Source: Fidelibacterota bacterium
Lineage (GTDB): Bacteria > Fidelibacterota > UBA2242
NCBI GenBank assembly: GCA_049975265.1
Contig: JBNGDF010000001.1
Location: 64,001 to 128,000 of the forward strand
Direction of reading: 5' to 3'
Length of the DNA stretch: 64,000 bases
The notes beneath the pieces are model-generated. The model worked only from the letters and a program-made list of their open reading frames with translations, had not been told where the DNA came from and made no database searches. Made by a program: the position numbers and the translations under genes. Below are positions 49,606-59,816 of the stretch, piece after piece; positions within the stretch are counted from its first letter, which is position 1; the number at the start of each line of letters is the position of its first letter.

Positions 49606-51147
49606 ATGAAAAAACAGATTTTAATCAGTGAAACCAGTAAAGAGACCCGGATCGCCATTCTGGAAGATGGTGATCTGGTCGAATTTTTTGTCGAAAAGCC
49701 GGAACATTACCGGATGGTCGGCAACATTTATAAAGGGAAGGTTGAAAACGTAATTGAGGCGATTCAGGCGGCGTTCGTTGATATCGGCTACCATTACAAT
49801 GCCTTTTTGCCCTTTTCGGAAATTGATGATCCGGACAGTGTCGGTGCCATGATCGAAAGTATTGTGCGCGACGGCGATGACGAAACAGCCACCCGAACCC
49901 GTCGTAAAAAACCGCGTTCCAATAATAGCATCGGACTGAAAAAAGACCAGGATATTCTGGTGCAGGTCATCAAGGAACCCTTTGCCCAGAAAGGACCGCG
50001 GGTTACCACCGATTTGTCGATTCCGGGACGGTTTCTGGTTTTGGTTCCCAACGAAGAGTATATCGGAATATCGAAAAAAATTACCCATCGGGATGAAAAG
50101 AAGCGGCTACGACGAATTGTTTATGATCTGAAGCCGAAAAATTTCGGGCTGATCATTCGTACCGTTGCGGAAGGACAGGATGAAAAGGTCATTAAGAACG
50201 ATCTGAATGACCTGCTGCAGAAATGGAACCAGCTGGAAAGCCGGGTCAAAAGTGATCCGGCGCCGGTTTGCGTCTATCGGGATATGGAGATCACCTCCAT
50301 GGTGATTCGCGATTTGTTGACTCCGGATATCGATCAGATTATTGTGGATTCCAAGTCGCTGTATAAAAAGCTCTATGCCTATATCAAGAGTGTGTCCCCA
50401 CAATTTGTCAAGAAGATCACCTATCATAAATCGCGCAATCCGCTGTTTTATGAATATAAGGTGGAGAAAGAGTTTGAAAAATCGCTGAATAAAAAGGTCT
50501 GGCTGAAGAGCGGCGGTTTCATCGTCATTGAACACACCGAAGCCATGACCACCATCGATGTCAACAGTGGGAAGTTTATCGGGAAGAAAGACCACGAGAG
50601 AAACTCTTTGAAAATCAATCTGGAAGCGAGCAAGGAGATTGCGCGGCAGTTGCGGCTGCGCGATATCGGCGGTCTGATCGTGATTGATTATATTGATATG
50701 GAAGAGGATGATAACCGGCAAAAAGTGTATCACGAGCTCAAGCGGGCACTTTATCAGGATCGAGCCCGGGTGGCGCTGTCACCAATATCCAATTTTGGAC
50801 TTCTCGAGATGACCCGCCAGCGGACCCGCGTCAATCTGCTCTACAGTGTCAGCGAGGAATGTCCGCTCTGTCATGGCTCCGGGCGGATTTCATCGAAGGA
50901 ATCGGTTGTGACGAAAATCGAAGGGTGGTTTCGACGGTTCAAGGTCAGCTCCAAAGCAAAACGTCTGGCGATACATCTGCATCCGGAGATGGTTGAATAT
51001 CTGCAGAAATCCACCAATAATGTCATGCGGAAGATTCAGTGGAGAAACTTCTTGAAAATCAAGATTGTGGAAGATACTTCTGTTGCGGTGGATGACTTCC
51101 GGGTCTATCTGGCAAAAACCGGAGAAGACATCACCGACCAATATTAA
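49606..51147 (+). CDS. rng: Ribonuclease E/G family (RNase G-like)
   Basis: GNIYKGKV, AAFVDIG, IDVNSG, RLRDIGGLIVIDYIDM, EMTRQR, CPLCHGSG. Confidence 0.95.
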   Translation: MKKQILISETSKETRIAILEDGDLVEFFVEKPEHYRMVGNIYKGKVENVIEAIQAAFVDIGYHYNAFLPFSEIDDPDSVGAMIESIVRDGDDETATRTRRKKPRSNNSIGLKKDQDILVQVIKEPFAQKGPRVTTDLSIPGRFLVLVPNEEYIGISKKITHRDEKKRLRRIVYDLKPKNFGLIIRTVAEGQDEKVIKNDLNDLLQKWNQLESRVKSDPAPVCVYRDMEITSMVIRDLLTPDIDQIIVDSKSLYKKLYAYIKSVSPQFVKKITYHKSRNPLFYEYKVEKEFEKSLNKKVWLKSGGFIVIEHTEAMTTIDVNSGKFIGKKDHERNSLKINLEASKEIARQLRLRDIGGLIVIDYIDMEEDDNRQKVYHELKRALYQDRARVALSPISNFGLLEMTRQRTRVNLLYSVSEECPLCHGSGRISSKESVVTKIEGWFRRFKVSSKAKRLAIHLHPEMVEYLQKSTNNVMRKIQWRNFLKIKIVEDTSVAVDDFRVYLAKTGEDITDQY

Positions 51148-51149
51148 AC

Positions 51150-51178
51150 TTGACAAATCTTGCGGGATTATCTAAATT
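51150..51178 (+). promoter_or_regulatory. Sigma70 promoter of rplU-rpmA
   Basis: TTGACA-17 bp-TAAATT. Confidence 0.75.
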
Positions 51179-51227
51179 TGCAGGCCGTATTGACATTCAA
51201 TTTTTAGAGAAAAGTATGAAAAGTGAA

Positions 51228-51614
51228 ATGTATGCAATTGCCGAAATCGCCGGCGATCAGGTTGTTCTTGAATCGGGTAAAAAAGTGGCGGTTCCCAGAC
51301 TAAGCCTCGAAGAGGGACAGGAATATGTTGCCGATTCGATTTTGTATTATCGAAACGGCGATGAGGTCAAAATCGGCAATCCGACGGTCAAGGATCTAAA
51401 AATTTCCACCATCGTGGTTGCCCAGCCGCGGTTACCCAAAGTGATTGTATTCAAGAAAAAACGCCGTAAAGGCTATAAGGTGAAAAAGGGTCATCGCCAG
51501 CCGTACACGCTGCTTGAAGTAAAAGAGGTGAAAGCCGTGAAAAAGCAGAGTGTAAAATCGAAAGCAGCCACCACGCCAGAAAAGAAGACCGAGACCGCAG
51601 CAGCGAATGAATAG
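51228..51614 (+). CDS. rplU: 50S ribosomal protein L21 with Lys/Ala-rich tail
   Basis: MYAIAEIAGDQ...KVIVFKKKRRKGY.VKKGHRQPYT; alternative ATG at 51216. Confidence 0.95.
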   Translation: MYAIAEIAGDQVVLESGKKVAVPRLSLEEGQEYVADSILYYRNGDEVKIGNPTVKDLKISTIVVAQPRLPKVIVFKKKRRKGYKVKKGHRQPYTLLEVKEVKAVKKQSVKSKAATTPEKKTETAAANE

Positions 51615-51626
51615 GAGCGATATACC

Positions 51627-51878
51627 ATGGCACATAAAAAAGGTGTAGGAAGTTCAAAAAACGGTCGCGACAGCCAGTCCAAGCGGCTGGGGGTCAAGCG
51701 CTACGGAGGTGAATTTGTCAGCGCCGGTTCGATTATCGTCCGTCAGCGAGGCACCCGTATTCACCCCGGAAATAATGTCGGGCGAGGCAATGACGACACC
51801 CTGTTTGCGAAAGTAGATGGTGTGGTATCCTTTGAACGCAAAGGTCGCGATAAGAAGACCGTCAGTATTGTAAATTAA
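51627..51878 (+). CDS. rpmA: 50S ribosomal protein L27
   Basis: [24 protein letters not shown]...IIVRQRG. Confidence 0.99.
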   Translation: MAHKKGVGSSKNGRDSQSKRLGVKRYGGEFVSAGSIIVRQRGTRIHPGNNVGRGNDDTLFAKVDGVVSFERKGRDKKTVSIVN

Positions 51879-51885
51879 AATCCGG

Positions 51886-51938
51886 TCCCGCAATTTTCCC
51901 TTTTCGGGTCAACCCACTTCACCCTGGAAATTGCGGGA
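51886..51938. terminator. Inverted repeat between convergent genes (possible terminator)
   Basis: TCCCGCAATTT (51886-51896) ... AAATTGCGGGA (51928-51938). Confidence 0.5.
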
Positions 51939-51974
51939 TTGTTGTATTCAGACGAAAAATAGATCCTCGTAAAG

Positions 51975-52736
51975 TTACAGAGCATTAAACCAGATCAGAA
52001 TTCGGTTTAATTCCCGGTTGCTTCCCAGATAGTAACGGGCTTCGGTTTTCCGACCGATGTTTTCTCTTAACAGGATGGAATATCCGTAAAGGTTCACTTC
52101 ACGAAAAGCCACCTCGTCGCTGACATCGGCACCAAAATATAATACAAGGGGATGCAGACCTTTCAGACGGGGCAGCAGGTCCACGATTTTGCGGACTATC
52201 ATGCACTTGTTCCACGGTTTGGCGGGGTAAATCCGGATCTGTTCCGGCAGATGCACTGCCTGCAGAAACGAATCACTGAGTTCGCGGCGGATTAGCGGCA
52301 TGAGCCGGTTTTGTTGAAAGGAATCGCCGGGAAGATCGGCGATTGTTAACATCGTGCCATTCAGGGAGACATGTTTTTCCGCCCAGCCGGGGCCGATTTC
52401 CAGAGCGAGGGATGTTTTCAGTTGCTCCAGTTGATGATAAATCATTCCGAGCTGGGGAAATTTCCAGGAAAAATTAGGACCGTCAATCTCAAAACCGTTG
52501 CTGCCGGCGTTGATCAGATGATGAAGAGCTTCTGATGGTAGGGTCTGTGGCGATTTCTGGCTGATAATTCCGGCGTAGACAGCCGGCGGTCGGCTGAGAC
52601 CGATGAGCTGATCAAGAAAAACAGTCGTGTGAATCCGGGATTTTTCGATTTCGTCAAAATTGAACAACAGGCAGATGGTTCGTTTTTGAGAAAGCTGATC
52701 GGCGAGGCGGGGAATTTCGTTTAGTAAAGGCAGCAT
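51975..52736 (-). CDS. Trehalose-6-phosphate phosphatase (OtsB)-like HAD protein, catalytically degenerate
   Basis: AGSNGFEI, WNK, LYFGADVSDEVAF, TEARYYL resemble T6PP; motif I reads NFD rather than DxD. Confidence 0.65.
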   Translation of the reverse strand: MLPLLNEIPRLADQLSQKRTICLLFNFDEIEKSRIHTTVFLDQLIGLSRPPAVYAGIISQKSPQTLPSEALHHLINAGSNGFEIDGPNFSWKFPQLGMIYHQLEQLKTSLALEIGPGWAEKHVSLNGTMLTIADLPGDSFQQNRLMPLIRRELSDSFLQAVHLPEQIRIYPAKPWNKCMIVRKIVDLLPRLKGLHPLVLYFGADVSDEVAFREVNLYGYSILLRENIGRKTEARYYLGSNRELNRILIWFNAL

Positions 52737-52772
52737 GAACTATCATCCCCCTGGGGGATCGATCACCGGGGG

Positions 52773-54029
52773 CTAATCGTAGATATAGTAATCTCTGGAG
52801 CGAGCGGTAAATTTTTCCAGATCGCTCTGCCACCGGGAAATAAGGTTTTGAACCGCAGTGTGTTCGGTGAGAGATTTCCTTAATTGGTCATTGCCATAAA
52901 GGCGGTCGATGGTTTCTCGGAGGTCGAAGTGATTTGGATATATATTCCGGGTTGTTTCCAAAATCGTCAGCATCGCTTCCACGGAGCGGAGGCGGTCGCG
53001 ATCGGAGATGATCGTTTTCACACCACCGCATGGCTGATTCTCGTATTTGGGATTGACGGCGACATTGGGAATTGAAACAGGCGTAAAGCGAACCGGCTCG
53101 AACCGGAGTCCCGGCAGTTGCAGGTTGTTTAGTTCTGCGGCATAGTGTTCGGCGTCTATCCAGGGTGCGCCAAATTGCAGAAACGGTGCATCGGTGCCGC
53201 GTCCTTCAGAGAGATTGGTTCCCTCCAGCAGGCAGAAGCCGGGATAGACGACAGCCGTTTCCAGGGTTGGCATATTGGGTGAGGGCGCAATCCAGGGGAG
53301 CCCGGTTTGATCATACCACAGTGAGCGCTTCCAGCCCTCGGCTTTAATGACGGTGAGGTCAACATTGAAATTCTGTTTGCTGAAAATTTCACCGTTGATC
53401 CACTGAGCCAGTTCACCAATGGTTAAACCGTATCGGATGGGAATCGGGTGTGGACCGACGAAGGACTGAAAATTCATGTCGAGAACAGGTCCCTCGGTAA
53501 CATCGCCCCGGATGGGATTCGGGCGATCGAGTACCACGAAGGGAATACCGTTCTTTGCGGCACTTTCCATCGCCATTGACAGGGTAGTGATGTAGGTGTA
53601 AAACCGGGCGCCTACGTCCTGAATGTCGTAAACCAAAATGTCAACCTCCTTTAACATTTCGGCGGTTGGCTGGCGGACGCTTCCGTAGAGGCTGTAAATT
53701 ATGGCGCCGGTTTTTGGTTCGGTCTGATTTTCGATAATGCTGCCGTCGGCGTGCATGCCCCGGAAGCCGTGCTCCGGTCCGAAAATCGCCACCAGCTGAC
53801 AGTTTCCATTCCCGGATATCAGGTCAACAAGATGTCGACCCTCGCTGTCGCAGGCGGTATGATTGCAGATAACACCGATCCGCTTACCGGCGAACATTTT
53901 AAATTGATTGTCCCGAACTACATCGAGCCCGGTTTTGACGGAAGGTCTTTCAGAGGGCGACCGGCAGGCGGAAAGGAGAATTGACAGCAGTGCAAGAGTT
54001 GACAGTAAGGGATAAATGTTTTTTCTCAT
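52773..54029 (-). CDS. namZ: Exo-beta-N-acetylmuramidase NamZ (DUF1343) lipoprotein
   Basis: Lipobox LSAC; FGPEHGFRG, SLYG, DIQDVGARFYTY, LDRPNP, PSPNMP, SEGRGT. Confidence 0.92.
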   Translation of the reverse strand: MRKNIYPLLSTLALLSILLSACRSPSERPSVKTGLDVVRDNQFKMFAGKRIGVICNHTACDSEGRHLVDLISGNGNCQLVAIFGPEHGFRGMHADGSIIENQTEPKTGAIIYSLYGSVRQPTAEMLKEVDILVYDIQDVGARFYTYITTLSMAMESAAKNGIPFVVLDRPNPIRGDVTEGPVLDMNFQSFVGPHPIPIRYGLTIGELAQWINGEIFSKQNFNVDLTVIKAEGWKRSLWYDQTGLPWIAPSPNMPTLETAVVYPGFCLLEGTNLSEGRGTDAPFLQFGAPWIDAEHYAAELNNLQLPGLRFEPVRFTPVSIPNVAVNPKYENQPCGGVKTIISDRDRLRSVEAMLTILETTRNIYPNHFDLRETIDRLYGNDQLRKSLTEHTAVQNLISRWQSDLEKFTARSRDYYIYD

Positions 54030-54048
54030 CGGATTTTCTTAAAAATGT

Positions 54049-54089
54049 AAAAAGAATAGCCCGACCGGTGATACCTGCCGGATCGGGCT
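54049..54089 (-). terminator. Rho-independent terminator after ferredoxin
   Basis: AGCCCGA..CCGG/CCGG..TCGGGCT hairpin with a U-rich tract on the minus strand. Confidence 0.7.
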
Positions 54090-54096
54090 GTGACTT

Positions 54097-54357
<261 letters not shown>

Positions 54358-54428
54358 TTAATATTTGACGCGGATTCTGTAGATTACGTCCGAAGATTCG
54401 TATCTGATTTTAACAAAAAGGGAATTTT

Positions 54429-55775
54429 ATGGTAACAGAGATTCAGGAGACATTGAGAGAGAGCAAGGCGATGCGCTGGCTGGCGCTTTTCATCGTCTCT
54501 TTTACGATGATGTTCGGCTATTTTTTTACGGAGGTCATCTCCCCCCTGAAACCGATGCTGGAGGCGCAGCTGGGATGGGACAGCACGGCTTACGGAACGG
54601 TTACCAGTGCGTATGGCTGGTTTAATGTATTCCTGCTGATGCTGATTTTCGGCGGGCTTGTACTGGACAAGATGGGCATCCGTTTTACGGCAATCAGTTC
54701 GGCGCTGGTGATGGTGATCGGTGCCCTGCTGAAGTATTGCGGGATTGCCTTTGCGGCCAGCCTGGGTGTCAGGACCTCCATGTGGCTGGCGGCGGTGGGG
54801 TTTGCCATTTTCGGAGTAGGCGTTGAAACCGCCGGTATCACTGTGTCGAAGGTGATCGTTAAGTGGTTCAAGGGCAAGGAGATCGCCCTGGCGATGGGGC
54901 TTCAGGTAGCGCTGGCGCGGCTGGGGAGCTTCGGCGCCCTGGCTTTCTGTCCCTATATTGCCAAGGCGTTTAATGTCGCCGCCCCGGTTCTGCTGGGAGC
55001 GGTGCTGCTATGCATTGGTCTGATTACTTTTATCATTTATAATTTTATGGATCGGAAGCTGGATCGCCAGATTGAGATTGATCTGGAAGAGGAACCATTC
55101 CGGGTCCGGGATATCGGCAAGATTATTACCAACCGCGGTTTTTGGTATATTGCGCTGCTGTGTGTGCTGTTTTACTCGGCGGTATTTCCCTTTTACAAAT
55201 ATGGACCGGATTTAATGGTCAATAAATTCGGGATTAGCGAAGAGCATGCCGGCTTGATTCCCAGCTTGGTGCCCTTTGGGACGCTGTTTCTGACACCGGT
55301 TTTCGGGAGTGTGTACGACCATATCGGCAAAGGCGCCAGTATTATGATTCTCGGATCGCTGATGCTATTGGCGGTGCACGTGATTCTGTGGATTCCGGGC
55401 TTGACCAGCGTGGCACTGGCGGTGGTTATGGTGATTATACTGGGAATTGCCTTTTCACTGGTACCGTCGGCGATGTGGCCTTCGGTTCCCAAGATTATCC
55501 CGGAAAAACGTCTGGGCACCGCCTATGCGGTAATTTTCTGGGTCCAGAACTGGGGGCTGATGGGCATTCCCTTTCTGCTGGGCGTTGTGCTGGATAAAAC
55601 CAATCCGGGTGTTGCCGCCGCCAAGTATGCCGGTGAGAATGTGAGGTATCAGTATGCTACCACCTGGCTGATCTTCATTGCCTGCAGCGCGCTGGCGATC
55701 ATTCTGTCTTTTATGTTGAAAGCAGAAGATAAGAAAAAGAGCTACGGTCTGGAGAGACCGAATATTGTAAAGTAG
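54429..55775 (+). CDS. MFS transporter
   Basis: About 12 hydrophobic helices, GGLVLDKMGIR motif A, KWFKGKEIALAMG. Confidence 0.93.
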   Translation: MVTEIQETLRESKAMRWLALFIVSFTMMFGYFFTEVISPLKPMLEAQLGWDSTAYGTVTSAYGWFNVFLLMLIFGGLVLDKMGIRFTAISSALVMVIGALLKYCGIAFAASLGVRTSMWLAAVGFAIFGVGVETAGITVSKVIVKWFKGKEIALAMGLQVALARLGSFGALAFCPYIAKAFNVAAPVLLGAVLLCIGLITFIIYNFMDRKLDRQIEIDLEEEPFRVRDIGKIITNRGFWYIALLCVLFYSAVFPFYKYGPDLMVNKFGISEEHAGLIPSLVPFGTLFLTPVFGSVYDHIGKGASIMILGSLMLLAVHVILWIPGLTSVALAVVMVIILGIAFSLVPSAMWPSVPKIIPEKRLGTAYAVIFWVQNWGLMGIPFLLGVVLDKTNPGVAAAKYAGENVRYQYATTWLIFIACSALAIILSFMLKAEDKKKSYGLERPNIVK

Positions 55776-55835
55776 GTATTCGCGGGCAAACTTGAAGAGC
55801 ATCACCTGGAAATTCAGGGGGCGTTTTGTATTGGA

Positions 55836-58165
55836 TCAGGAGAGTAGATTCAGAAGCCGGCGGGCTTCCCGGCAGGGCGGGTACTCGGGGTCGGCGTTTT
55901 CCCAGACCTGGAATACAATGGTCATATGTTCCCGGACTTTGTCGGGATTTTCTTCCAGTTGGTAAATTTTAGCCATTTCCAGATGGGTTTCGGCGTGCAT
56001 CGGTAAAACGCTCAGGACCTTTTCCAGCAATATTTGAGCCTTGGGGTAATTGCCGGTTTGTCGGTAGCAGCGGGCGATTTTTGTCAGAATCGTGACGTCC
56101 AGTGGTGAATACTGGTATGCCTGCTGATATTCAAGAATGGCATTCAAATAATCACCACCGATTTCGAACAGCCTGCCCCGGGCGCTGTGAGTTATATCGG
56201 ATCGGGCAAGCTCACCGAATATTTTCAGCGTTTCCGCCACCCGATCGATGTTTTCCCGGATGGCGGCTGTGTCTTCCTTTTCACAGGCGATTTGGAGTTC
56301 ACCCAGCGATATCCAGCGGGACCAGGGCTTTGGGATGGTCTTGCGATAGTGATTCAGCTGCTCGAGAGCCTGATCTTCCCGGTTCAGCATCACGTAAAGT
56401 TCGAAGCGGGCGTTGCTCATCCGGTTCATCATTGCATCCAGTGGTTTCAGGAATTTTGCCGATTCCCGATATTGCCGGATGGAATATTCCAAAGCCTGGC
56501 GAATCTCTCCCCGCTGATAAAGATACTCGCCGTAAGCATTGAAGAGAGCAGCTCGGTCTGCCGGAGTTTTTGCCAGCGCGGCGGCGCTTTGCAATTGATT
56601 ATATGCAGCCGAAAAATTGCCCTGCCGCCGCTCTACGTTTGCCAGGTTGATTAAAATGGAAACTTCATTGGGTTCCAGCAGCTGGGCGTCTATATAAAAA
56701 TCGCGGGCTTTGGCATATTTGCCCATAGCCAGAAACAGGTCGCCCAGGGATAGGAAGGAGCGGTAATCTTTAGGAAAAGCCTGTTGGTACTGGTTGAAGT
56801 ATTTCAGGGCATTCTCAAAATCGCCCTTGGACAGGTAGGCGTTACCGATATAGCGGTAGTAGTACCGGCGGGCAGGGTCCAGCGCAAGGATTTGATTGAA
56901 TTCCGCAATGGCGGCGTCAATTTTGAACTGTTTAAAATATTCCTGAGCCCGGCGGAAGTGTCCCCGAATGTCATCAGGATAGAGCTGAACCCACATATCC
57001 AGCACCGCTATTCGTTTTTCGGGGTCTTCGGAGACCAGATAAAATTCCTCCTTAATGGCGAACTGGATCGCTTCCGGGAATTTATAAATATAGCGCATGG
57101 TCGTATTGAGCGCTTCGATCGCCTGGTCATAGGAATTCAGATTGATGTACAACTGGTACAGCGCCCAATAAGCCAGGGCGAAAGTCGGGTCGGCGTGGAC
57201 CGCTTTCTCAGAATGCCGCCGGGCGGTCCGGACATCGTTTTCCAGGTTAAGCTGGTTGGAACCGAGAATATACTGGCGATAAGCCTCCGTTGACGCGGTC
57301 ATGATTTCAGAAACGGGCAGATCGGGTACAGTCTCCAGATGCCAGGTGGGAATATTCAGGTCCTGCTTCAGCCGGTCATTGATCTGATCAATGATTGTGA
57401 AAATATCGGTATTCTGAAAGGAATTTTCGGCGATCATTTTACCCCGGGCGGTTTCATAGAGAAAGGTTTTGACGAACAGGGTGTCATTCCGCCGGCAGTA
57501 GCTGCCGCCCAGAAAGTATTCGCGTTCCACTTCGCGGGCAATTTTCTGCTCCAGCGCCATGGGTACACCGATGACGTTACCAAAGCCGGCGCCGGAGATT
57601 TTTTGATAAATAATGTCGTCGTAACCGGAATAGACGGAGAAAACCGGATCCTGATTCAGGTCGTAGTGACAACCGGTCATAAAGGCGAACTGGAGCCAAT
57701 CCAGGTCGGGATTGCGTTCTTCGTTTTCAAAAAAGAAAATCGCCAAGCGCTTGGTCAGATTTTGCTTCGGGATCTCCCGCCGCACGGTCTGTCCGGTTTC
57801 ATCTACGACATCAACCGCTGTGTGGTTGCCGAGCCCAACTCTTTGCCGCTCAGCAGGAAAAAGAGCAGGCATCCGGTCAGCAGCAGATTGATGGGGATGC
57901 CTATCTTTTCGGTTCTGGTCCAATGGTCGCGCCCCGGGCGTCCGTGAAAATAGGCGAGCATACCCACTGTCGGCAACAGTGAAATCAGTGTGATAAAGCT
58001 CAGATCGGTCAGATGAGGCGAGATTTTGTAATGCTCTACAATCCAGCTGACGAATTCCAGAATTGTCCAGCAGATCCCCAGATAGATGAACAGTATCTGG
58101 GGAAAGCGCCGGTTCAGCAGATCCCGGAAAAACGAAGGTTTTTTATGATTGTCGGTAGCGGTCAT
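55836..58165 (-). pseudogene. Membrane-anchored TPR protein split by a frameshift near 57820
   Basis: The 120-aa TM ORF (58165-57803) and the TPR ORF (to 55836) join into a coherent protein if the frame is corrected at GCA ACC ACA CA GCG GTT GAT. Confidence 0.75.
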
Positions 58166-58211
58166 ATGGTTGTGTTCTTTGGATAAGATATTCAGCCGAC
58201 TGTTTTTGTTG

Positions 58212-58682
58212 TCAGCGGCTCTTATCTTCCCGAACCATCAGATAATGGTCAATATCCGCCTCTTTAAACAGCTCTCCCTGAACCTGAAAACCGTGCCGGG
58301 TGTAGAAATCGCACAGATACGCCTGGGCGTGCATTTTGAATTTGTGGTACCCTTTTGTACGGGCGACGTCCAGCATGTAATCCACGATGGCGTGACCGTA
58401 GCCCTGATTACGGTGCTCATTACGAACGGCGATCCGTTCTAGTTTTGCCCACTCTCCCAGGAACCGCAGGCGTCCGGCGGCGATCGGTTCACCGTCCAAT
58501 TCACCCAGAATATGCAGGGCACTGAGTTCGTGTTCATCCATTTCGATCCGATAAGGCACTTTTTGCTCGTCGATGAACACGATACCGCGGACAATAAATA
58601 CCTTAATCAAGTCGTCGAGACTATCCACAATTTTAAACATGGTGGCTGACTTAGCCGGGTCTTTTTCCTGGTGATTATTCAT
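58212..58682 (-). CDS. GNAT acetyltransferase (ElaA/YjcF-like)
   Basis: RGIVFIDEQKVP, KLERIAV..RNQGYG, HAQ, FYTRHGF, F.EADIDH. Confidence 0.92.
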   Translation of the reverse strand: MNNHQEKDPAKSATMFKIVDSLDDLIKVFIVRGIVFIDEQKVPYRIEMDEHELSALHILGELDGEPIAAGRLRFLGEWAKLERIAVRNEHRNQGYGHAIVDYMLDVARTKGYHKFKMHAQAYLCDFYTRHGFQVQGELFKEADIDHYLMVREDKSR

Positions 58683-58818
58683 TTGGTTGAGAGTTGTTGG
58701 GTAATTTGGATTTCATCGCTTCAATCAGTGTTTCCGCTTCCTGTATCTGGCGACGGATTCTGCCCAGGATTTCATCGTCCCGGTTGACAGTTGATTCAAT
58801 ATTTGGTTTTTCGTCCAT
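58675..58818 (-). CDS. Small hypothetical protein (47 aa), predicted helical
   Basis: MDEKPNIESTVNRDDEILGRIRRQIQEAETLIEAMKSKLPNNSQPNE; GGGAG upstream; stop overlaps the GNAT start region. Confidence 0.5.
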   Translation of the reverse strand: MDEKPNIESTVNRDDEILGRIRRQIQEAETLIEAMKSKLPNNSQPNE

Positions 58819-59008
58819 AAATCAGCGGGCTCCCGAGTCTGGTTGGTCAGTACTCTTGTTGATTGGTTGTGTCAGTTTCTATTCATGGCAATTAATGTAA
58901 GTAATTTAACCATTTGAAAACAGATTGAAAATAGAGGAAAGCTTTTCATTTTTTATGGGCTTTTGTATATTTATTTTCAAGCCGCTTTGCTATGTTTGGA
59001 GGACATTT

Positions 59009-59761
59009 ATGCATTGTGCTGAATTGGTAACATATCTGGATGAATTGCTGGAAACTGCCCGTTTCTCTGACTACGGGCCCAATGGTCTGCAGGTCGAAGG
59101 GCAGCCCGCTGTCAAAAAGGTGGTTACCGCCGTGAGTGCCTCGGTTGCACTGTTCGAAAAGGCGATCGAATTGCGTGCCGATACCCTTCTGGTTCATCAT
59201 GGAATTATCTGGAATCATGAACGCCCGCTGTACCGGGGCGGGTACAGACAGCGGGTTAAATTGTTACTGGAGCATGACCTGAATCTGATTGCCTATCACC
59301 TGCCGCTGGACGCTCATTTGAAGTTCGGCAATGCTGCTCAGATTGCCGGGCGGCTGGGGTTGAGAAACCGGGAACCGTTTGGGGAACACAAGGGTAATTT
59401 CCTGGGTGTTCAGGCGGATGCCGGGGGGATTACCCGTGCGGAAGTGGAGCAGAGGATCCGACGTGAGATCAACCGGGACGCACTGATTTTTCCCTACGGA
59501 CCGGAGCGGATAGAGCGGATCGGGATTATTTCCGGCGGTGGTCAGAAGGAGACGAACCAGGCGGTTCTGGCGGGTCTGGATATGTACATTACCGGTGAAG
59601 CCTCGGAGTTTGTCATGCATCTTGCCCGGGAGGAGCGGATTCATTTTGTAGCTGCCGGGCATTATGCCACCGAACGATTCGGTATTCAGGCGCTGGGGGA
59701 TCATCTGGCGGAAACATTTCAACTTCAGGTAGAATTTGTTGATATCCCCAATCCGGTGTGA
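59009..59761 (+). CDS. Nif3-like dinuclear metal center protein (YbgI/DUF34)
   Basis: DYGPNGLQVEG, VHHG, YHLPLDAH, GN, ITGE, AGHYATE; GGAGG SD. Confidence 0.95.
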   Translation: MHCAELVTYLDELLETARFSDYGPNGLQVEGQPAVKKVVTAVSASVALFEKAIELRADTLLVHHGIIWNHERPLYRGGYRQRVKLLLEHDLNLIAYHLPLDAHLKFGNAAQIAGRLGLRNREPFGEHKGNFLGVQADAGGITRAEVEQRIRREINRDALIFPYGPERIERIGIISGGGQKETNQAVLAGLDMYITGEASEFVMHLAREERIHFVAAGHYATERFGIQALGDHLAETFQLQVEFVDIPNPV

Positions 59762-59816
59762 TGAATTGTAAAGCCTGAATGTTGCAAGCGACTTTTGGGG
59801 CGGTGGGTAAAATCGA

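Noticed and set aside
47056..51878. Radical SAM-rng-rplU-rpmA cluster as a novel system
   Set aside because: This gene order is a known conserved arrangement; only the leader and start codon are flagged.
52746..52772. G/C-rich inverted sequence between namZ and the OtsB-like gene
   Set aside because: Imperfect, short and overlapping the SD; no U-tract, so not called as a terminator.
57830..57923. N-terminus MDQNRKDRHPHQ... of the 695-aa TPR ORF
   Set aside because: Out-of-frame read-through of the upstream TM-coding region; an artefact of the frameshift.
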